A stretch of DNA of 64,000 nt from Elainellaceae cyanobacterium (GTDB lineage Bacteria; Cyanobacteriota; Cyanobacteriia; CAZCXK01). A program made the translations under genes and the position numbers. This document shows, one piece after another, positions 7,836 through 18,507 of this stretch. The DNA lies in contig JBNPEB010000035.1 of assembly GCA_051117335.1 (NCBI GenBank), forward strand, positions 67-64,066, written 5' to 3'. Position 1 is the first letter of the stretch. The number at the start of each line of letters is the position of its first letter. The notes below the pieces were generated by a model, which did no database searches, was not told where the DNA came from, and saw only the letters and a program-made list of their open reading frames with translations.

Positions 7836-8840
7836 TCAATTGTTGGGCGTACACAACTCCACAATTAGGCTATCAGAATCAATGCAGAGTGATTGGTCAA
7901 TAAGTTCTGCTACGGCCTTATTTCCTTCAATACTCAAATGGACACCATCATGAAAATAGCTTTCAACAACAGATGTTGGCAGATCTGACCAAGCGGCTTG
8001 AGTATCAATAATAGGAATGTTCAACTCTTCGAGAATGGATATAAACTCTTGTTTATATTCTGGAGTAGTTGTTTGAGGAATTAAATCTTCCCGATTAGGA
8101 GTAAAAAGAACGAGTATAGGCGTATTGTTATCAACCTGTGAAATAAGTTCTCTCAAATACTCCATATTTTTTGTAAATTTTGCATCGAGAGCAGAAGTAT
8201 TTAGAGTTTGTGGGGATGACTCAGTGGGTAAAAGTCTTGCCATTCTAGGTAACAGATAACGACTGATAACTTCCTGGGTTGCCAGCAATGGGCGAACATC
8301 TGGGTAGCCTGGATGCGTTCCTACGACTTCACTTGTACTCATCGGTTGATATAAGTCATGAGTCCCGATTTGGAGAATGATTGCATCGCTGTTAAATGTC
8401 CCAAATTTTTTGACATAGCCTAATTGATTACCAATGCCCCATGATCCCGCTGAGGCATTGAGTACTTCTGAGGAGTAATTCGAATCAGTAAAGTGCTCTT
8501 CTAAAACTTCTGAAATAGTGTGCTCATGACTGGTTAAGCTACCGCCATTGAGAACGGAATCACCGACCATCATTAATCGCAATGTCCCCTGTTGTTTGGC
8601 TTCAGTAATGGGTTCAGAGCGTTGAGAATATTGGTTATAGAGAATGCGACGGCCAAAACGTTTGAGATCTTGATTGGGCCGAAACCGATAACCTGTCTCT
8701 GAATCGGTTTGGCTTAACACGGGGTATCCAAATCCAAAGCCGAGTCTTAGAGCAATTTCACCAAATGCAGCAAAAAATATCACGGCAACAAGAACCCATT
8801 GCCAATGGTTGCGGGCAGTCTTCAATAATTTCATTATCAA
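7836..8840 (-). CDS. SGNH/GDSL hydrolase family protein
   Basis: GDS block I, NASAGSWG, GTHD and DGVH motifs; N-terminal TM helix. Confidence 0.88.
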   Translation of the reverse strand: MIMKLLKTARNHWQWVLVAVIFFAAFGEIALRLGFGFGYPVLSQTDSETGYRFRPNQDLKRFGRRILYNQYSQRSEPITEAKQQGTLRLMMVGDSVLNGGSLTSHEHTISEVLEEHFTDSNYSSEVLNASAGSWGIGNQLGYVKKFGTFNSDAIILQIGTHDLYQPMSTSEVVGTHPGYPDVRPLLATQEVISRYLLPRMARLLPTESSPQTLNTSALDAKFTKNMEYLRELISQVDNNTPILVLFTPNREDLIPQTTTPEYKQEFISILEELNIPIIDTQAAWSDLPTSVVESYFHDGVHLSIEGNKAVAELIDQSLCIDSDSLIVELCTPNN

Positions 8841-8861
8841 TCGTGTTAGAAGGTTATCGTG

Positions 8862-9488
8862 TCAGAGTTGAGGATGAAACCTGGCTCCAGTGCGCCCGGT
8901 GATGATCCACAGGATCGAGCGCCCAATGTCGCGTGAGATGTGCCAGAGGGTTTCGTTGGGGTGCTTGGAGGGAATGGCGACGGGGGTAGTGGTGATGCCG
9001 CGACTGCCGAAGACGAAGAAGGCGATCGCCCGTGCGCGTCGCATGTGAAAGTCGGAGGTGATGAGGTAGACGTGGTGAATGCGGCGATACGGGCTGCGCC
9101 CAGGCAAGCCAACGCGAAAGTCGCTGACGAGGGAGGTGAAGTTGGTGACGGTGTCGATGGCGCGACGATCGAGGTGGAGGCGACTTTCGGCAATGGCGGC
9201 GCGTTGAAAGATGGCTTTGGATTCTTGGGTGGGGGCACCGGAAGACACCCAAATGTCTAGATTGGGGTGTTGCTGTGCGAAGAGTGCAGTGAATCTTTCT
9301 CGTTCGGGAATTCCTCCAAGTGTAAGGATGGCTTGAGGAGTGGGGGGGTGGATCTGGGCGAGAATTAGGCGGACGGGAATGAAACTAATGAGAAGGACAA
9401 GGATGGTGATGGTAACGGCAACCCACATTTTGCGATAGATTTTTGGGCGGAGATACATCGAGATTCGGCTGATGAAAATGGTCAGCAT
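8862..9488 (-). CDS. YdcF/DUF218 family protein, copy 3, with an 8-aa insertion
   Basis: DTVTNF and LITSDFHMRRA motifs; VGLPGRSPY segment comes from the 24-nt element. Confidence 0.85.
   Translation of the reverse strand: MLTIFISRISMYLRPKIYRKMWVAVTITILVLLISFIPVRLILAQIHPPTPQAILTLGGIPERERFTALFAQQHPNLDIWVSSGAPTQESKAIFQRAAIAESRLHLDRRAIDTVTNFTSLVSDFRVGLPGRSPYRRIHHVYLITSDFHMRRARAIAFFVFGSRGITTTPVAIPSKHPNETLWHISRDIGRSILWIITGRTGARFHPQL
9089..9112. repeat. 24-nt HIP1-inserted element, family A, copy 1
   Basis: GCGAT[ACGGGCTGCGCCCAGGCAAGCCAA]CGC; empty GCGATCGC at the homologous position 7785-7792. Confidence 0.9.
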
Positions 9489-9540
9489 TCCGCTCTAGTC
9501 TATCTGTTGTGGGGGTTGAGTCACCAGGTATGGGTTTGGA

Positions 9541-10365
9541 TCAATGTTCCTTTGGGTGAGACTGAGAGGTATTAGAAAAATCAGACAGGTCAGCTTCGAT
9601 GAGCTTGATGGAGAGCAGTAGCTCAGCGAGCATTCGCTGAAATGCGTAATACCATCCGCGCCAGCCATCAAGAATGCCGCCCTTGAGGATGAGGCAGTAG
9701 AGCAAAATCACGAAGGGAGCCAGAATTTTTTGCTGTCGAATGCGATCGCCCCAACTCAATTCTTCTAAAGCTGTTTCTTGAAGCTTCTTCACTTCGAGCA
9801 CCATGTAGCGGTCTTGTGCCCAGAGCCAGCGAGAGAGGGGTTTGCGATCGTCGTGATGAATGGGGTTTGTTAAGGATGCTGATTGTCCTTTCACCACTAA
9901 AAGCTGGGTATGTCCGTCATCGATGTAGTGCGTTGGCTTGCCTGGGCGCAGCCCGTCTTGCCTTTTGCGGAAAAGGGCTTGGCGGGGGGGCAAAATGGTT
10001 CCACGAAGGGGTTTGCCAAAGACGCAGTATTTGAAGGGGATGAAGTAACCATCAACGTCTGGGGAGGGGGAGAGGGCTTTTAGTTCATTAATGAGAGCAT
10101 CGGTGAGGACATAATCGGCATCGAGGGAAAGCACCCACTCGGTTTGAACATGGTCAATGCCTGCGTTCCATTGGTTGGCGTGGGTGTCGAACTTTCGTTG
10201 AACGGTTTCGACTTGTGGATAGGTTTTGAGAATGTCGAGGGTGTTATCTGTGCTGAAGCTATCGATAACAACAATGCGATCAGCCCAGGAAATAGGTTCA
10301 AGAGTACGTCTAATGTTATGTGCTTCGTTATAGGTAAGAATTAAAGGTGTGATATTCTGGAGCAT
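9541..10365 (-). CDS. glycosyltransferase family 2 (WaaE/LgtF-like), with an 8-aa insertion
   Basis: ILTYNEA, VIDSFSTD, LSLDADY motifs; 8 extra residues relative to 3847-4645. Confidence 0.9.
   Translation of the reverse strand: MLQNITPLILTYNEAHNIRRTLEPISWADRIVVIDSFSTDNTLDILKTYPQVETVQRKFDTHANQWNAGIDHVQTEWVLSLDADYVLTDALINELKALSPSPDVDGYFIPFKYCVFGKPLRGTILPPRQALFRKRQDGLRPGKPTHYIDDGHTQLLVVKGQSASLTNPIHHDDRKPLSRWLWAQDRYMVLEVKKLQETALEELSWGDRIRQQKILAPFVILLYCLILKGGILDGWRGWYYAFQRMLAELLLSIKLIEADLSDFSNTSQSHPKEH
9933..9956. repeat. 24-nt element, family A, copy 2, in a degenerate HIP1
   Basis: GCG[TTGGCTTGCCTGGGCGCAGCCCGT]CTTGC inside the GT2 gene. Confidence 0.85.
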
Positions 10366-10391
10366 ATTTGATTCTGATATGAGCTGAAAGT

Positions 10392-11252
10392 TTATATATT
10401 CTCAGCAACCGCTAGTAACGAGAAGGTATTTCCATCAGTAGGAGCAAGGCTTCTACCATTTAAAAGGGTGAAATCATAAGATTTCAGAAAATCTAAAACC
10501 TTGTTCTTTTCAGAAAAACCATCTAAATAAACTGCTTTTATTCTTTTTTCATCAAAGAGAGATTTAGCTCCTCTTAACACATTAAGTTCTTGACCTTCAA
10601 CATCAATCTTCAGAATTAGAGAATCTCCATCAAAATTAAATTGATCGAGTCGTTTGCAAGAGACTCTTATGGATCGATCTTTATAATGGTATTTAGATGA
10701 GTTTTCCATAGTTGTGAAAACGTGAGAAGCTGTTCCATAAACAAATTCGAGTTCCCCTTCTTGATCTGATATGGCACAGTTGAAAGATTCGAATTCGTAT
10801 CTCTCTGCATTTCTATTCAATCTTTTATATGTATCTGGATTTGCTTCAAATGAATAAACTCTTAAGTTTTCAAATACTTTCTTATACCGGGAAAGTACTG
10901 ATGAGAATATACCTACATTTGCACCTATATCTACAAATGAGTCACCATCCTTTAGCAAAGCTGATAGATTTAGAAGGATAGAAACCTCATCGCGGAGAAG
11001 ACTACCCTTTCTACACATGTTTGACGCCCTTAAATATCCACTTTCTTTTATGGTGTGAATGTTAATCTTTAAGTCAAACAAATTTACTTTTGTATTCCTA
11101 TTGCCAAACATTATTCTTGATATCCACCATCTGACCGTTGGCTTTTTGTTATAAAACTTGTCAACAAACCACATTAAGCTCATAATCCTACCTCCATTGA
11201 TAATTGGAATTGTGACAACATTAAATAGTTGGTCAATAACCGACGAAATCAA
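10392..11252 (-). CDS. FkbM family methyltransferase
   Basis: FVDIGANVG, FEANP, LKIDVEGQE motifs; true start probably a downstream Met. Confidence 0.9.
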   Translation of the reverse strand: MISSVIDQLFNVVTIPIINGGRIMSLMWFVDKFYNKKPTVRWWISRIMFGNRNTKVNLFDLKINIHTIKESGYLRASNMCRKGSLLRDEVSILLNLSALLKDGDSFVDIGANVGIFSSVLSRYKKVFENLRVYSFEANPDTYKRLNRNAERYEFESFNCAISDQEGELEFVYGTASHVFTTMENSSKYHYKDRSIRVSCKRLDQFNFDGDSLILKIDVEGQELNVLRGAKSLFDEKRIKAVYLDGFSEKNKVLDFLKSYDFTLLNGRSLAPTDGNTFSLLAVAENI

Positions 11253-11327
11253 TGCTTTAGATCAGTGTTCCTAATAAGCAAATCGCTTGATTAAATATAA
11301 GTCCTAAAATGTCGGTTGTACTTTGAA

Positions 11328-12518
11328 TTAAATATAGAGATGAGGCAACTGTTTATTTTTGATAATAGCGTCGTAAGTTTTTATTAATTGAGATGCTATT
11401 TTGTCCCAGGTGTAGTATTCGAGTATGAACTGATGGGCGCGATCGCCCATTGCTTTAGCTTCGTCTGGAGTGCTGAGGCAATCAATCAGCGCTTTTGCAA
11501 TGGCGTCGGCATCGATATCGACAACGTGGGCAGCTTTCGCAAGCTTAGCTTCTGGGAAGTTGCATCCGGTAGTTATCACACAGGGAAGTCCTGAGGCCAT
11601 TCCTTCTAACATAGACATGCTAAACCCTTCAGAATAGGAGGGCGCGACGTAGAGATTTGCAGCGGCGAGGGCTGCATATTTGAGGTCTCCCGTGAGCATT
11701 CCGGTAAAGGTGACGGCATCCAGACAATTTGCTTTAGAAAAGTATTCTTTAGCTGTTGGGAGAAAGCCAATATTATCTTGTCCGGCAACGATGAGATGAG
11801 CCTTGGGAAACTGTTGATAAACAAGACCGAAGGCTTGAGCCAGGAGGTCAAGCCCTTTTTTGGGGTCAATGCGGCCTAAAAAGAGGATGAGCTGTTTACC
11901 TGATGTGGTTGGAAACCTCTGGAAGAAGAGATCGGGTGAGGGCAGAGTTTGAAAGTCTTCGGCGTGGATACCGTTTGGAATTTTGGTCAATGGGGGCTTC
12001 AGCTTAAGAGGTTGGATGCCTTCAGCTTCTTGAGTGGCAAGGACGTGGATGGTGCTGGCTGTTTGTAGGGTTGGCTGTTCGAGAAGTCGATAATAGAACT
12101 GCTTTTTCCAGGCTTTGTAGGATAAAGCCCAGGGTTCTAACATGCCACGGGGAGTAATGATGTAGGGGATATTTTGCCAGCGACAAAACCAGTGAGCAAG
12201 GGTGATGTTTAGGGAGAAGATAGCGTTGGTGTGAACCAGGTCGTAGTCTTTAATGTGATTCCAGAGCCAGGTCAGAAGGGATGGGCTAAGTTTATAGTCG
12301 CTGAAGGGCAGATAAGGAAAGTATTGGATTCGATACTGAGGGTAAGTAATCCATTGTTTGAGGGGAACGTTGAGAGCAACGGAGGTGTCGGCGTTGGTCG
12401 TTACGATATCGATGGAAATGCCGTGTTGTCCGGTGGCTTTTGCGAGTTCGAGGATGCTTTTGGAGGGGCCACCATAGCTAAGACCAACGGCTGGAAGAAT
12501 AATGAGTATTTTCATCAA
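11328..12518 (-). CDS. glycosyltransferase family 4
   Basis: FLGRIDPKKG and PSYSEGFSMSMLEGMASG motifs. Confidence 0.92.
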   Translation of the reverse strand: MMKILIILPAVGLSYGGPSKSILELAKATGQHGISIDIVTTNADTSVALNVPLKQWITYPQYRIQYFPYLPFSDYKLSPSLLTWLWNHIKDYDLVHTNAIFSLNITLAHWFCRWQNIPYIITPRGMLEPWALSYKAWKKQFYYRLLEQPTLQTASTIHVLATQEAEGIQPLKLKPPLTKIPNGIHAEDFQTLPSPDLFFQRFPTTSGKQLILFLGRIDPKKGLDLLAQAFGLVYQQFPKAHLIVAGQDNIGFLPTAKEYFSKANCLDAVTFTGMLTGDLKYAALAAANLYVAPSYSEGFSMSMLEGMASGLPCVITTGCNFPEAKLAKAAHVVDIDADAIAKALIDCLSTPDEAKAMGDRAHQFILEYYTWDKIASQLIKTYDAIIKNKQLPHLYI

Positions 12519-12529
12519 TAGAAAAGCAA

Positions 12530-13156
12530 TTACTGATGAGGCTTAAAGAAGAACGCGGTATCGGTTACGCCATTACTTGTCCAGATTCTTCGCCAACCCT
12601 GTGTTTTTTCTAAAAATACTTTCCAATGCTCTGATGCAGGTTCCATTTGATGGGTTCTCGAATTTGGCGAGTAAGAGTGACAAGGCAAGAACCAGTTTGC
12701 ATTATCCAGAACTATAAATCCTCCACTCTTGACCTTACTTATAGCTTTCAGAGCACATAAATCACGCTGAAAGTAACCATCTACTAATGCAAAATTAAAA
12801 CTTTCATCCTCAACACTATTGACTACATTGACGTATTCTTGAGGGTCAACTATCAAGTGGTAGTCTCAATTACTCAGTTTTACCTCTTTTGCCTTTTGCG
12901 TTACATGATTATACCAATCGGTGTTTGACTCAATGCTCATGAGATGGTGAATGCGTTGAGCGAACCAAATCGTGCTACGACCAGATCCCCACTCTAGACC
13001 GACATCATCTTTTTGAAGGTAAGTAGAGAGAATGCTAATAGCTTGCGATGTTAACCAAGGTTCATCAGGATGAGTGTTCTCATAAATTGCTAAAGCTATT
13101 CGATTATAAATATACTTAGGACTCCAGTGATTAATTTTTCGCATTCTTTCATTCAC
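12530..13156 (-). pseudogene. class I SAM-dependent methyltransferase split by an in-frame TGA
   Basis: LEWGSGRST motif in the 5' ORF, LVDG..R and LDNA in the 3' ORF; both in one frame across TGA at 12866-12868 (SN*DYHL). Confidence 0.8.
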
Positions 13157-13162
13157 CTATAT

Positions 13163-14359
13163 TTATCTTAGTGCTAGGAACTGTAATAAAGCTCTGTCGA
13201 AAATACCGACTTTAGGTAATGGTTTCTCCAAAGCAACTTCGACCGCTTTTGCTAAATTAGTAGCAAAAGTTTTAGGGGACCATCTACTGATGATTTCTCG
13301 ACTAGCTTGCCCCATAGCTGCCAAATCACATTGCCCGGAAGATATTTTGAACATCAGGTCGGTAAGCTGATTGATGTCATAAGGGTCGAAAGTATAGCCG
13401 TTACGGCCTTCTTCTACTAAGTTAGGAGTGCACCCACAATGGCTGGAAACTAATACAGGAAGCTCTGACGCCATGGCTTCATTGACGACTAAACCCCATT
13501 GTTCTGTAGTACTGGCATGGACGAAGCAGTTGGCAAGCCCATAGTAAGCAGGCAATTCATCATAATGTTTGAAACCAGGAAGATGAATAAACTCGCTTTG
13601 TTGTAGTTGATCAATTTGAGACTGTAGTGCAGGTCTTAATGCGCCATCACCTAGAAGCACCAGATGCCAGGGCTCAGTCTTGGTTTGGGCATGATACTGA
13701 GCGTAAGCTTGGACAAGCCGAAATAGATTTTTTTTGTCAACAAAGCGAGCTGAAGCGAGAAAGAAGTGCTCTGGTAACCTAAGTTGGCTTCGTAGCTTTT
13801 GAGATTGCTGACGAAATTGAGCAGCTCCCTGGGTAAAGTATGTATTATCTACAGCATCATAGCCTAAGAAAATATTTTCTTCCGAAACGCCAAGCTGCAT
13901 GAGATATTCTTTATGTGAATGCCCCCCAACTAGAGTGCTTGAGCATAATTTAAGAATTCTCCTCTTTAAGTACTCCTTTAAAGAGTTACGTTGCATGTCA
14001 TGCCTTGTACTCTCTGACATAACAACTAGAGGAATTCTCATCTTTCGGCCAACGGACAACGATGTGAGTGAGCCAAAATCATTCCAACCATTAACCACTA
14101 AGACATCAGGGTTATGGGTCTGAAGAGCATTGACAAGATGACTCTCCAATACTTTTGGTCTGTAAAATTGTTCATTAGGTCTGTCAAATAAAGACACTTT
14201 TTCATAAATGCAATGTCCACTGGCTGTACCCCAGGGATAAGATCCTTTAGCAAACCACTCTAGCCCCAAGACTCGAAGATCGTGCTCAGCAGCGCTCAAC
14301 CTTGCATGATGATATGGACCAATATGATGGAAAATAATTGCTACTTTAGAAGGCCGCAT
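13163..14359 (-). CDS. glycosyltransferase family 4
   Basis: ARFVDKKN and EQWGLVVNEAMAS motifs. Confidence 0.92.
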   Translation of the reverse strand: MRPSKVAIIFHHIGPYHHARLSAAEHDLRVLGLEWFAKGSYPWGTASGHCIYEKVSLFDRPNEQFYRPKVLESHLVNALQTHNPDVLVVNGWNDFGSLTSLSVGRKMRIPLVVMSESTRHDMQRNSLKEYLKRRILKLCSSTLVGGHSHKEYLMQLGVSEENIFLGYDAVDNTYFTQGAAQFRQQSQKLRSQLRLPEHFFLASARFVDKKNLFRLVQAYAQYHAQTKTEPWHLVLLGDGALRPALQSQIDQLQQSEFIHLPGFKHYDELPAYYGLANCFVHASTTEQWGLVVNEAMASELPVLVSSHCGCTPNLVEEGRNGYTFDPYDINQLTDLMFKISSGQCDLAAMGQASREIISRWSPKTFATNLAKAVEVALEKPLPKVGIFDRALLQFLALR

Positions 14360-14491
14360 GAAATACCAACTTTGACTTAGTTTATGCTGTTTAACGTGTT
14401 TTCTATTTAATGTGTTTTTGCTAGTTTTGAAATATCTATCATCAAAAGTTTAGAAGAAGTAGATGTAGATAAAAAAACAGAGTTCAACTCA

Positions 14492-15856
14492 TTAATTCCA
14501 AGTGCGTCGGTCAATCACCCATCGACGCTTACCTGCTCGATTAGTTTGCAGATCCGTTACATAATTAAAGGGTGCATCGGAGAAGAACGAATGAACTTGA
14601 CCTAACTTATGCCGAATATTTTGTTCTAAATCAGGATGTATTTCTTTATTTACAATCAATGAAAACTCGGGACCATCATCATTTAGTATGAGTTGTACAT
14701 TAAATACTGAAGGTTCATCCTTAAAACAATGTACAAGGGCAACACTATGAATACTAGTGCCATCAGATAAGGTAATCATGTCATTTACGCGCCCTTCTTG
14801 CTCATCAAAAGCAACTACTAGGCCAAACTCGTCATGCTCTATTCCCGTGATAATATCCCCCTGTTTGTAACGAATCAAAGGTACATAACGTTTATAGAGG
14901 GTAGTAACCAAAGCAGCGCCCCGATTTAGGGACTCAAGAGAACCTTCTGTTTCCAGAATATTTAATTCAGGAAACAACGTATAAGGTGAATCATCAATCT
15001 TAAAGCCGACATGCCCAAAATCTACACCACCAAATTCTTGCACAATTGGGCATCCAAACACGGAACGTAAGAGATTAAATGTATCTGAACGTGGCGGGGG
15101 TTCAGCACAAGGCATAACAAATTTTACTCCGGCTTGCCTTAATGCTTTATGAAAATCTGGAGTATACCGGCATAATAAATCTAAGAGAGCAGCATAGCCG
15201 ATTAATCCTGCCGGTCGAATACGGATAATCTCCTGAGCTATTTGAAGCGCCTTTTCAGGATCAAGAGTATAAGCATCAAAGCGATGATAACCAGCTATCC
15301 AGTCTTTGGCTTTCCTAAGCGTATGATTGTAATAACGTCGCCATCCAGAACCTAATAAATGAGCATGTCCCCAAACTAAAACGAGTTGATTGTCTAGTGT
15401 ATAGCCAAGACGAATCCAAGGTACTAGCTTTGCGATTCTAAGTAAGGCTGAATTATGTCGCCATTCCCCTATTTGCAAAGGTTGGCCTGTTGAACCAGCA
15501 GTTGAGGTGTAACAGTCTGGTGGACCTGAAAATCTATGAAATTGTGCCTGTTTTTCCTTTAGAGTTATCCTATCTAAAATTGGAATGTGATAAAAATCTT
15601 CCCAAGATTTGATCTCTTGTGGCGCTTTGCCTTGAGCAACTAGACTTTGATAGTAAGGTACATCTGTAATACAATCCTGCCAAATCCGACGCAGTTTTTT
15701 TAATTGATTTGAGCGTTCAATATTATCAATCTTTGGTTGAAGTTGCACATTCCATTTTTGAGCTGCATCTAATTGAGATCGGAGTGGTAGCAACCTAGTG
15801 TTTCGCAGAAACATAAATATTGAAAAAATTAACAACTCGAAGGCAAACACAAACAT
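14492..15856 (-). CDS. phenylacetate-CoA ligase family (CapK-like) protein
   Basis: TAGSTGQP P-loop-like motif, QEFGGVDFG, PLIRYKQGD, EGRVND. Confidence 0.8.
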   Translation of the reverse strand: MFVFAFELLIFSIFMFLRNTRLLPLRSQLDAAQKWNVQLQPKIDNIERSNQLKKLRRIWQDCITDVPYYQSLVAQGKAPQEIKSWEDFYHIPILDRITLKEKQAQFHRFSGPPDCYTSTAGSTGQPLQIGEWRHNSALLRIAKLVPWIRLGYTLDNQLVLVWGHAHLLGSGWRRYYNHTLRKAKDWIAGYHRFDAYTLDPEKALQIAQEIIRIRPAGLIGYAALLDLLCRYTPDFHKALRQAGVKFVMPCAEPPPRSDTFNLLRSVFGCPIVQEFGGVDFGHVGFKIDDSPYTLFPELNILETEGSLESLNRGAALVTTLYKRYVPLIRYKQGDIITGIEHDEFGLVVAFDEQEGRVNDMITLSDGTSIHSVALVHCFKDEPSVFNVQLILNDDGPEFSLIVNKEIHPDLEQNIRHKLGQVHSFFSDAPFNYVTDLQTNRAGKRRWVIDRRTWN

Positions 15857-15893
15857 TTTGACTTTATATCGCTATCAATTTAATAAAATGAAT

Positions 15894-17153
15894 TTACATA
15901 CTACGATAAAGTCCTAAAACCTTAGCCTTTTTAACTTTCGCATATAGAAGAGCTGGACCGAGGAAAGCTACGATCTTTGGCCAAGTCATAAAAAAGCGAT
16001 CAGTACTGTGGGTAATAGATTCTAATGCTCCAGCAAAAACTAGCATCAGTAAAACTTGTGCAATGAAATGCCCTTGATTTGCGGCCCTAGAGAAACTTCT
16101 CATGAGATAAGCAATCAACAAAAACTTAACTGCACCGAAATACCAAAAAGACTCAAATGCATCAGACATTCCTGTATGCGTTGTTCCCGTATGAGGTATA
16201 TGACCAAATTCAAGCAATGCTGCTGGGTCTTGAGGTAGCATCAGACCTTGTTTTGTATCTTCTCCAATCCATTGACCAGGCACATAGAGTCTTATAAAGG
16301 AATTCCAGTGGCTAAGTCCAAAATCAAAATTTCCGCGTCGATCAAATGCTTCGATATTGTATGTAGCGTTTCGAAGTTCCAGACCACCTTTCGTAAAGAT
16401 TTCACGCAGATTACCAACATAATCAATTTGCGTGGCAGCAGACAAACCAGAGAAATCTTCACCAATAACAACACTTCGATAGTCACCAATGCTATTAATC
16501 CACAACGTACCTATCACTAGAATGCCAGCAATAAAAGCTCTGGGGGGCAACTTTCGATAACGAAACCACAATGCCAGACCAATAATGATTAATAGTTCTA
16601 TAGCAGATCTACGACGCCCCTGCATGACGATGCGATCAAAATAGAAAATTAAGTTGTAGCCAATGATCATGAGTGACCATTGCGAAGGCTTATGGATATG
16701 GCTGACTATCGCAAGCACCAGGCCAAAAGTTAAAAGACTTGAAAAAAACGCAAATATTGTAATTGGGCCACTCCATCTAGTTCCCGCATCGGGACTGAGT
16801 AAGCTGACTTGATAGAAAAAATAACTCCCAGCCAGAGAACTTATGGCTGCTGCAATCAGTAAACGTCGATGACTAAAAGGCCAGTTTAGAGCATTGAAAG
16901 GACGTTTATTAAGTGAGTGACCTATCCAGCAAGACCAGACGCATAGTAGCGTCATGAAAAGAGCTTTGTTGATAGCACCTGGGGGTAAACTGAGTGAGTT
17001 TATACTCAAGCCAATGAACTGAGGAATTACCCAACCAGAAAAAACTGCTGCAGCCAAGAAGGGATATTGTAATAGGTTCTTTTTATCTTTAAAGCCCCAT
17101 AGTAGAAGTGTCAGGCAAGAACCAATTAGACCTAAAAGCAATATCAAAGTCAT
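15894..17153 (-). CDS. probable Wzy-type polysaccharide polymerase
   Basis: About ten hydrophobic segments, GRR and R..YN motifs, located in a polysaccharide cluster. Confidence 0.65.
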   Translation of the reverse strand: MTLILLLGLIGSCLTLLLWGFKDKKNLLQYPFLAAAVFSGWVIPQFIGLSINSLSLPPGAINKALFMTLLCVWSCWIGHSLNKRPFNALNWPFSHRRLLIAAAISSLAGSYFFYQVSLLSPDAGTRWSGPITIFAFFSSLLTFGLVLAIVSHIHKPSQWSLMIIGYNLIFYFDRIVMQGRRRSAIELLIIIGLALWFRYRKLPPRAFIAGILVIGTLWINSIGDYRSVVIGEDFSGLSAATQIDYVGNLREIFTKGGLELRNATYNIEAFDRRGNFDFGLSHWNSFIRLYVPGQWIGEDTKQGLMLPQDPAALLEFGHIPHTGTTHTGMSDAFESFWYFGAVKFLLIAYLMRSFSRAANQGHFIAQVLLMLVFAGALESITHSTDRFFMTWPKIVAFLGPALLYAKVKKAKVLGLYRSM

Positions 17154-17170
17154 AGTTGTGATGAGTATCT

Positions 17171-18421
17171 TTAGCTGGCAGAATACATGACTGCTTGTTT
17201 AAGGGTTTCCAAAGCAGTTTGCTGGCTTTGAACTAAACAGTTCTGTAAAAGATTAACTGTTTCCTCATCCAAAGCACTGTCATAAAAACAGAGCAAGGCA
17301 TCACGAAGAGCTGGGGAGTCGCGAATGGGGACTATCCATTTCCTTAAGCTCTCATAGTTAGAGATGATAGAACCTGCATGATCGGTAGTAATGACAGGTA
17401 AGCCATGTTGCAGCGCCTCATAAGTGACCATCGCCGATCCTTCACAAATCGAGGGAAGTACAAATACATCTGCCCATTGATAAAGTGCTGCCATGTCAGA
17501 GCGCGGTACACGACCTAAAAACTGGCATACATCAGAATATCTATGAGTATTTTCATGCTTTATTTCTATCGTTCCGGCCACTTTACAAATAAATGGTATT
17601 TGTCCTTTAAGTTTTTGGAGCGCTTCTAATAAATAAGGAATTCCCTTTCGTAAGCCCACAGAACCAGCAAATAGAATATGTAGTCCATCCTTTCGCTTTT
17701 TCCAAGGAGAGCCAAACTCTTTAATAAAAGAAGTTTCAGCTTTAAGTTTCCCTAAAGGAACAACAGAGATTTTTTCAGGTTTCACACCTCTAGCTCTTAA
17801 AGAATCCTTGACGAAATATGAACCACAGATAATATGGTCTGCCAAATCTTGTTCCTGCTGCTCTCGCTCAGCAATCTCTACGTCTGCTTCTGTCAAGCTA
17901 ATGTCGCGAGATGCCCAAACAGGCCAAAGAGCCATCTCTTCTTGCAGAAGTTGATAGTAATAGCTACGCTCTGCAAGGGTCTGGTCTAGGATGCATCGCA
18001 ATCCTTGTTCTTTTGCATAGCGAAATAGTTCCAGGCAAGCGCCATTAAAGCCATAGACTGTATTGGCTTCGCCTAACCCATGTTGGATAATTCGATGACA
18101 AAATGATTTCCCTGCTTTCAGACAAATAGATGATACATTATCACTTTTTGAAAATCTTAGATTCTTTGCATATTGGTAGCCAAGCCATGGAAATTGGATA
18201 ACTTTTGCAGTATCAAGTTTCGGTTCATATCGGTTACTAGCCTTCTTGAGAAAGGTTGGTAAGGAATCAATCCCGTCTAATTTTCTAAGTAATATAAATG
18301 GCCAACTATTACCTGCATAGAAGTCTGTATGGAGAGTGTCAAGAATTTCCCATTGATGGAATAAAGTCGGTTCTTGATAATGTTTTCTAGCGCCAAGCTG
18401 AGCAACTAGTATGTTGATCAT
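17171..18421 (-). CDS. glycosyltransferase family 4
   Basis: FAGSVGLRKG and LPSICEGSAMVTYEAL motifs. Confidence 0.9.
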   Translation of the reverse strand: MINILVAQLGARKHYQEPTLFHQWEILDTLHTDFYAGNSWPFILLRKLDGIDSLPTFLKKASNRYEPKLDTAKVIQFPWLGYQYAKNLRFSKSDNVSSICLKAGKSFCHRIIQHGLGEANTVYGFNGACLELFRYAKEQGLRCILDQTLAERSYYYQLLQEEMALWPVWASRDISLTEADVEIAEREQQEQDLADHIICGSYFVKDSLRARGVKPEKISVVPLGKLKAETSFIKEFGSPWKKRKDGLHILFAGSVGLRKGIPYLLEALQKLKGQIPFICKVAGTIEIKHENTHRYSDVCQFLGRVPRSDMAALYQWADVFVLPSICEGSAMVTYEALQHGLPVITTDHAGSIISNYESLRKWIVPIRDSPALRDALLCFYDSALDEETVNLLQNCLVQSQQTALETLKQAVMYSAS

Positions 18422-18507
18422 TTTTACTTTATCTCTTGGTTATAGAGTAATTTTGATAGAGCCTTAATCTCATGTTTAAGATATCTCTAAATCGGATATC
18501 TAGGAAT

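Noticed and set aside
12866-12868. Selenocysteine or programmed readthrough at the TGA
   Set aside because: No SECIS-like hairpin recognised and the position is not a catalytic Cys site in this family
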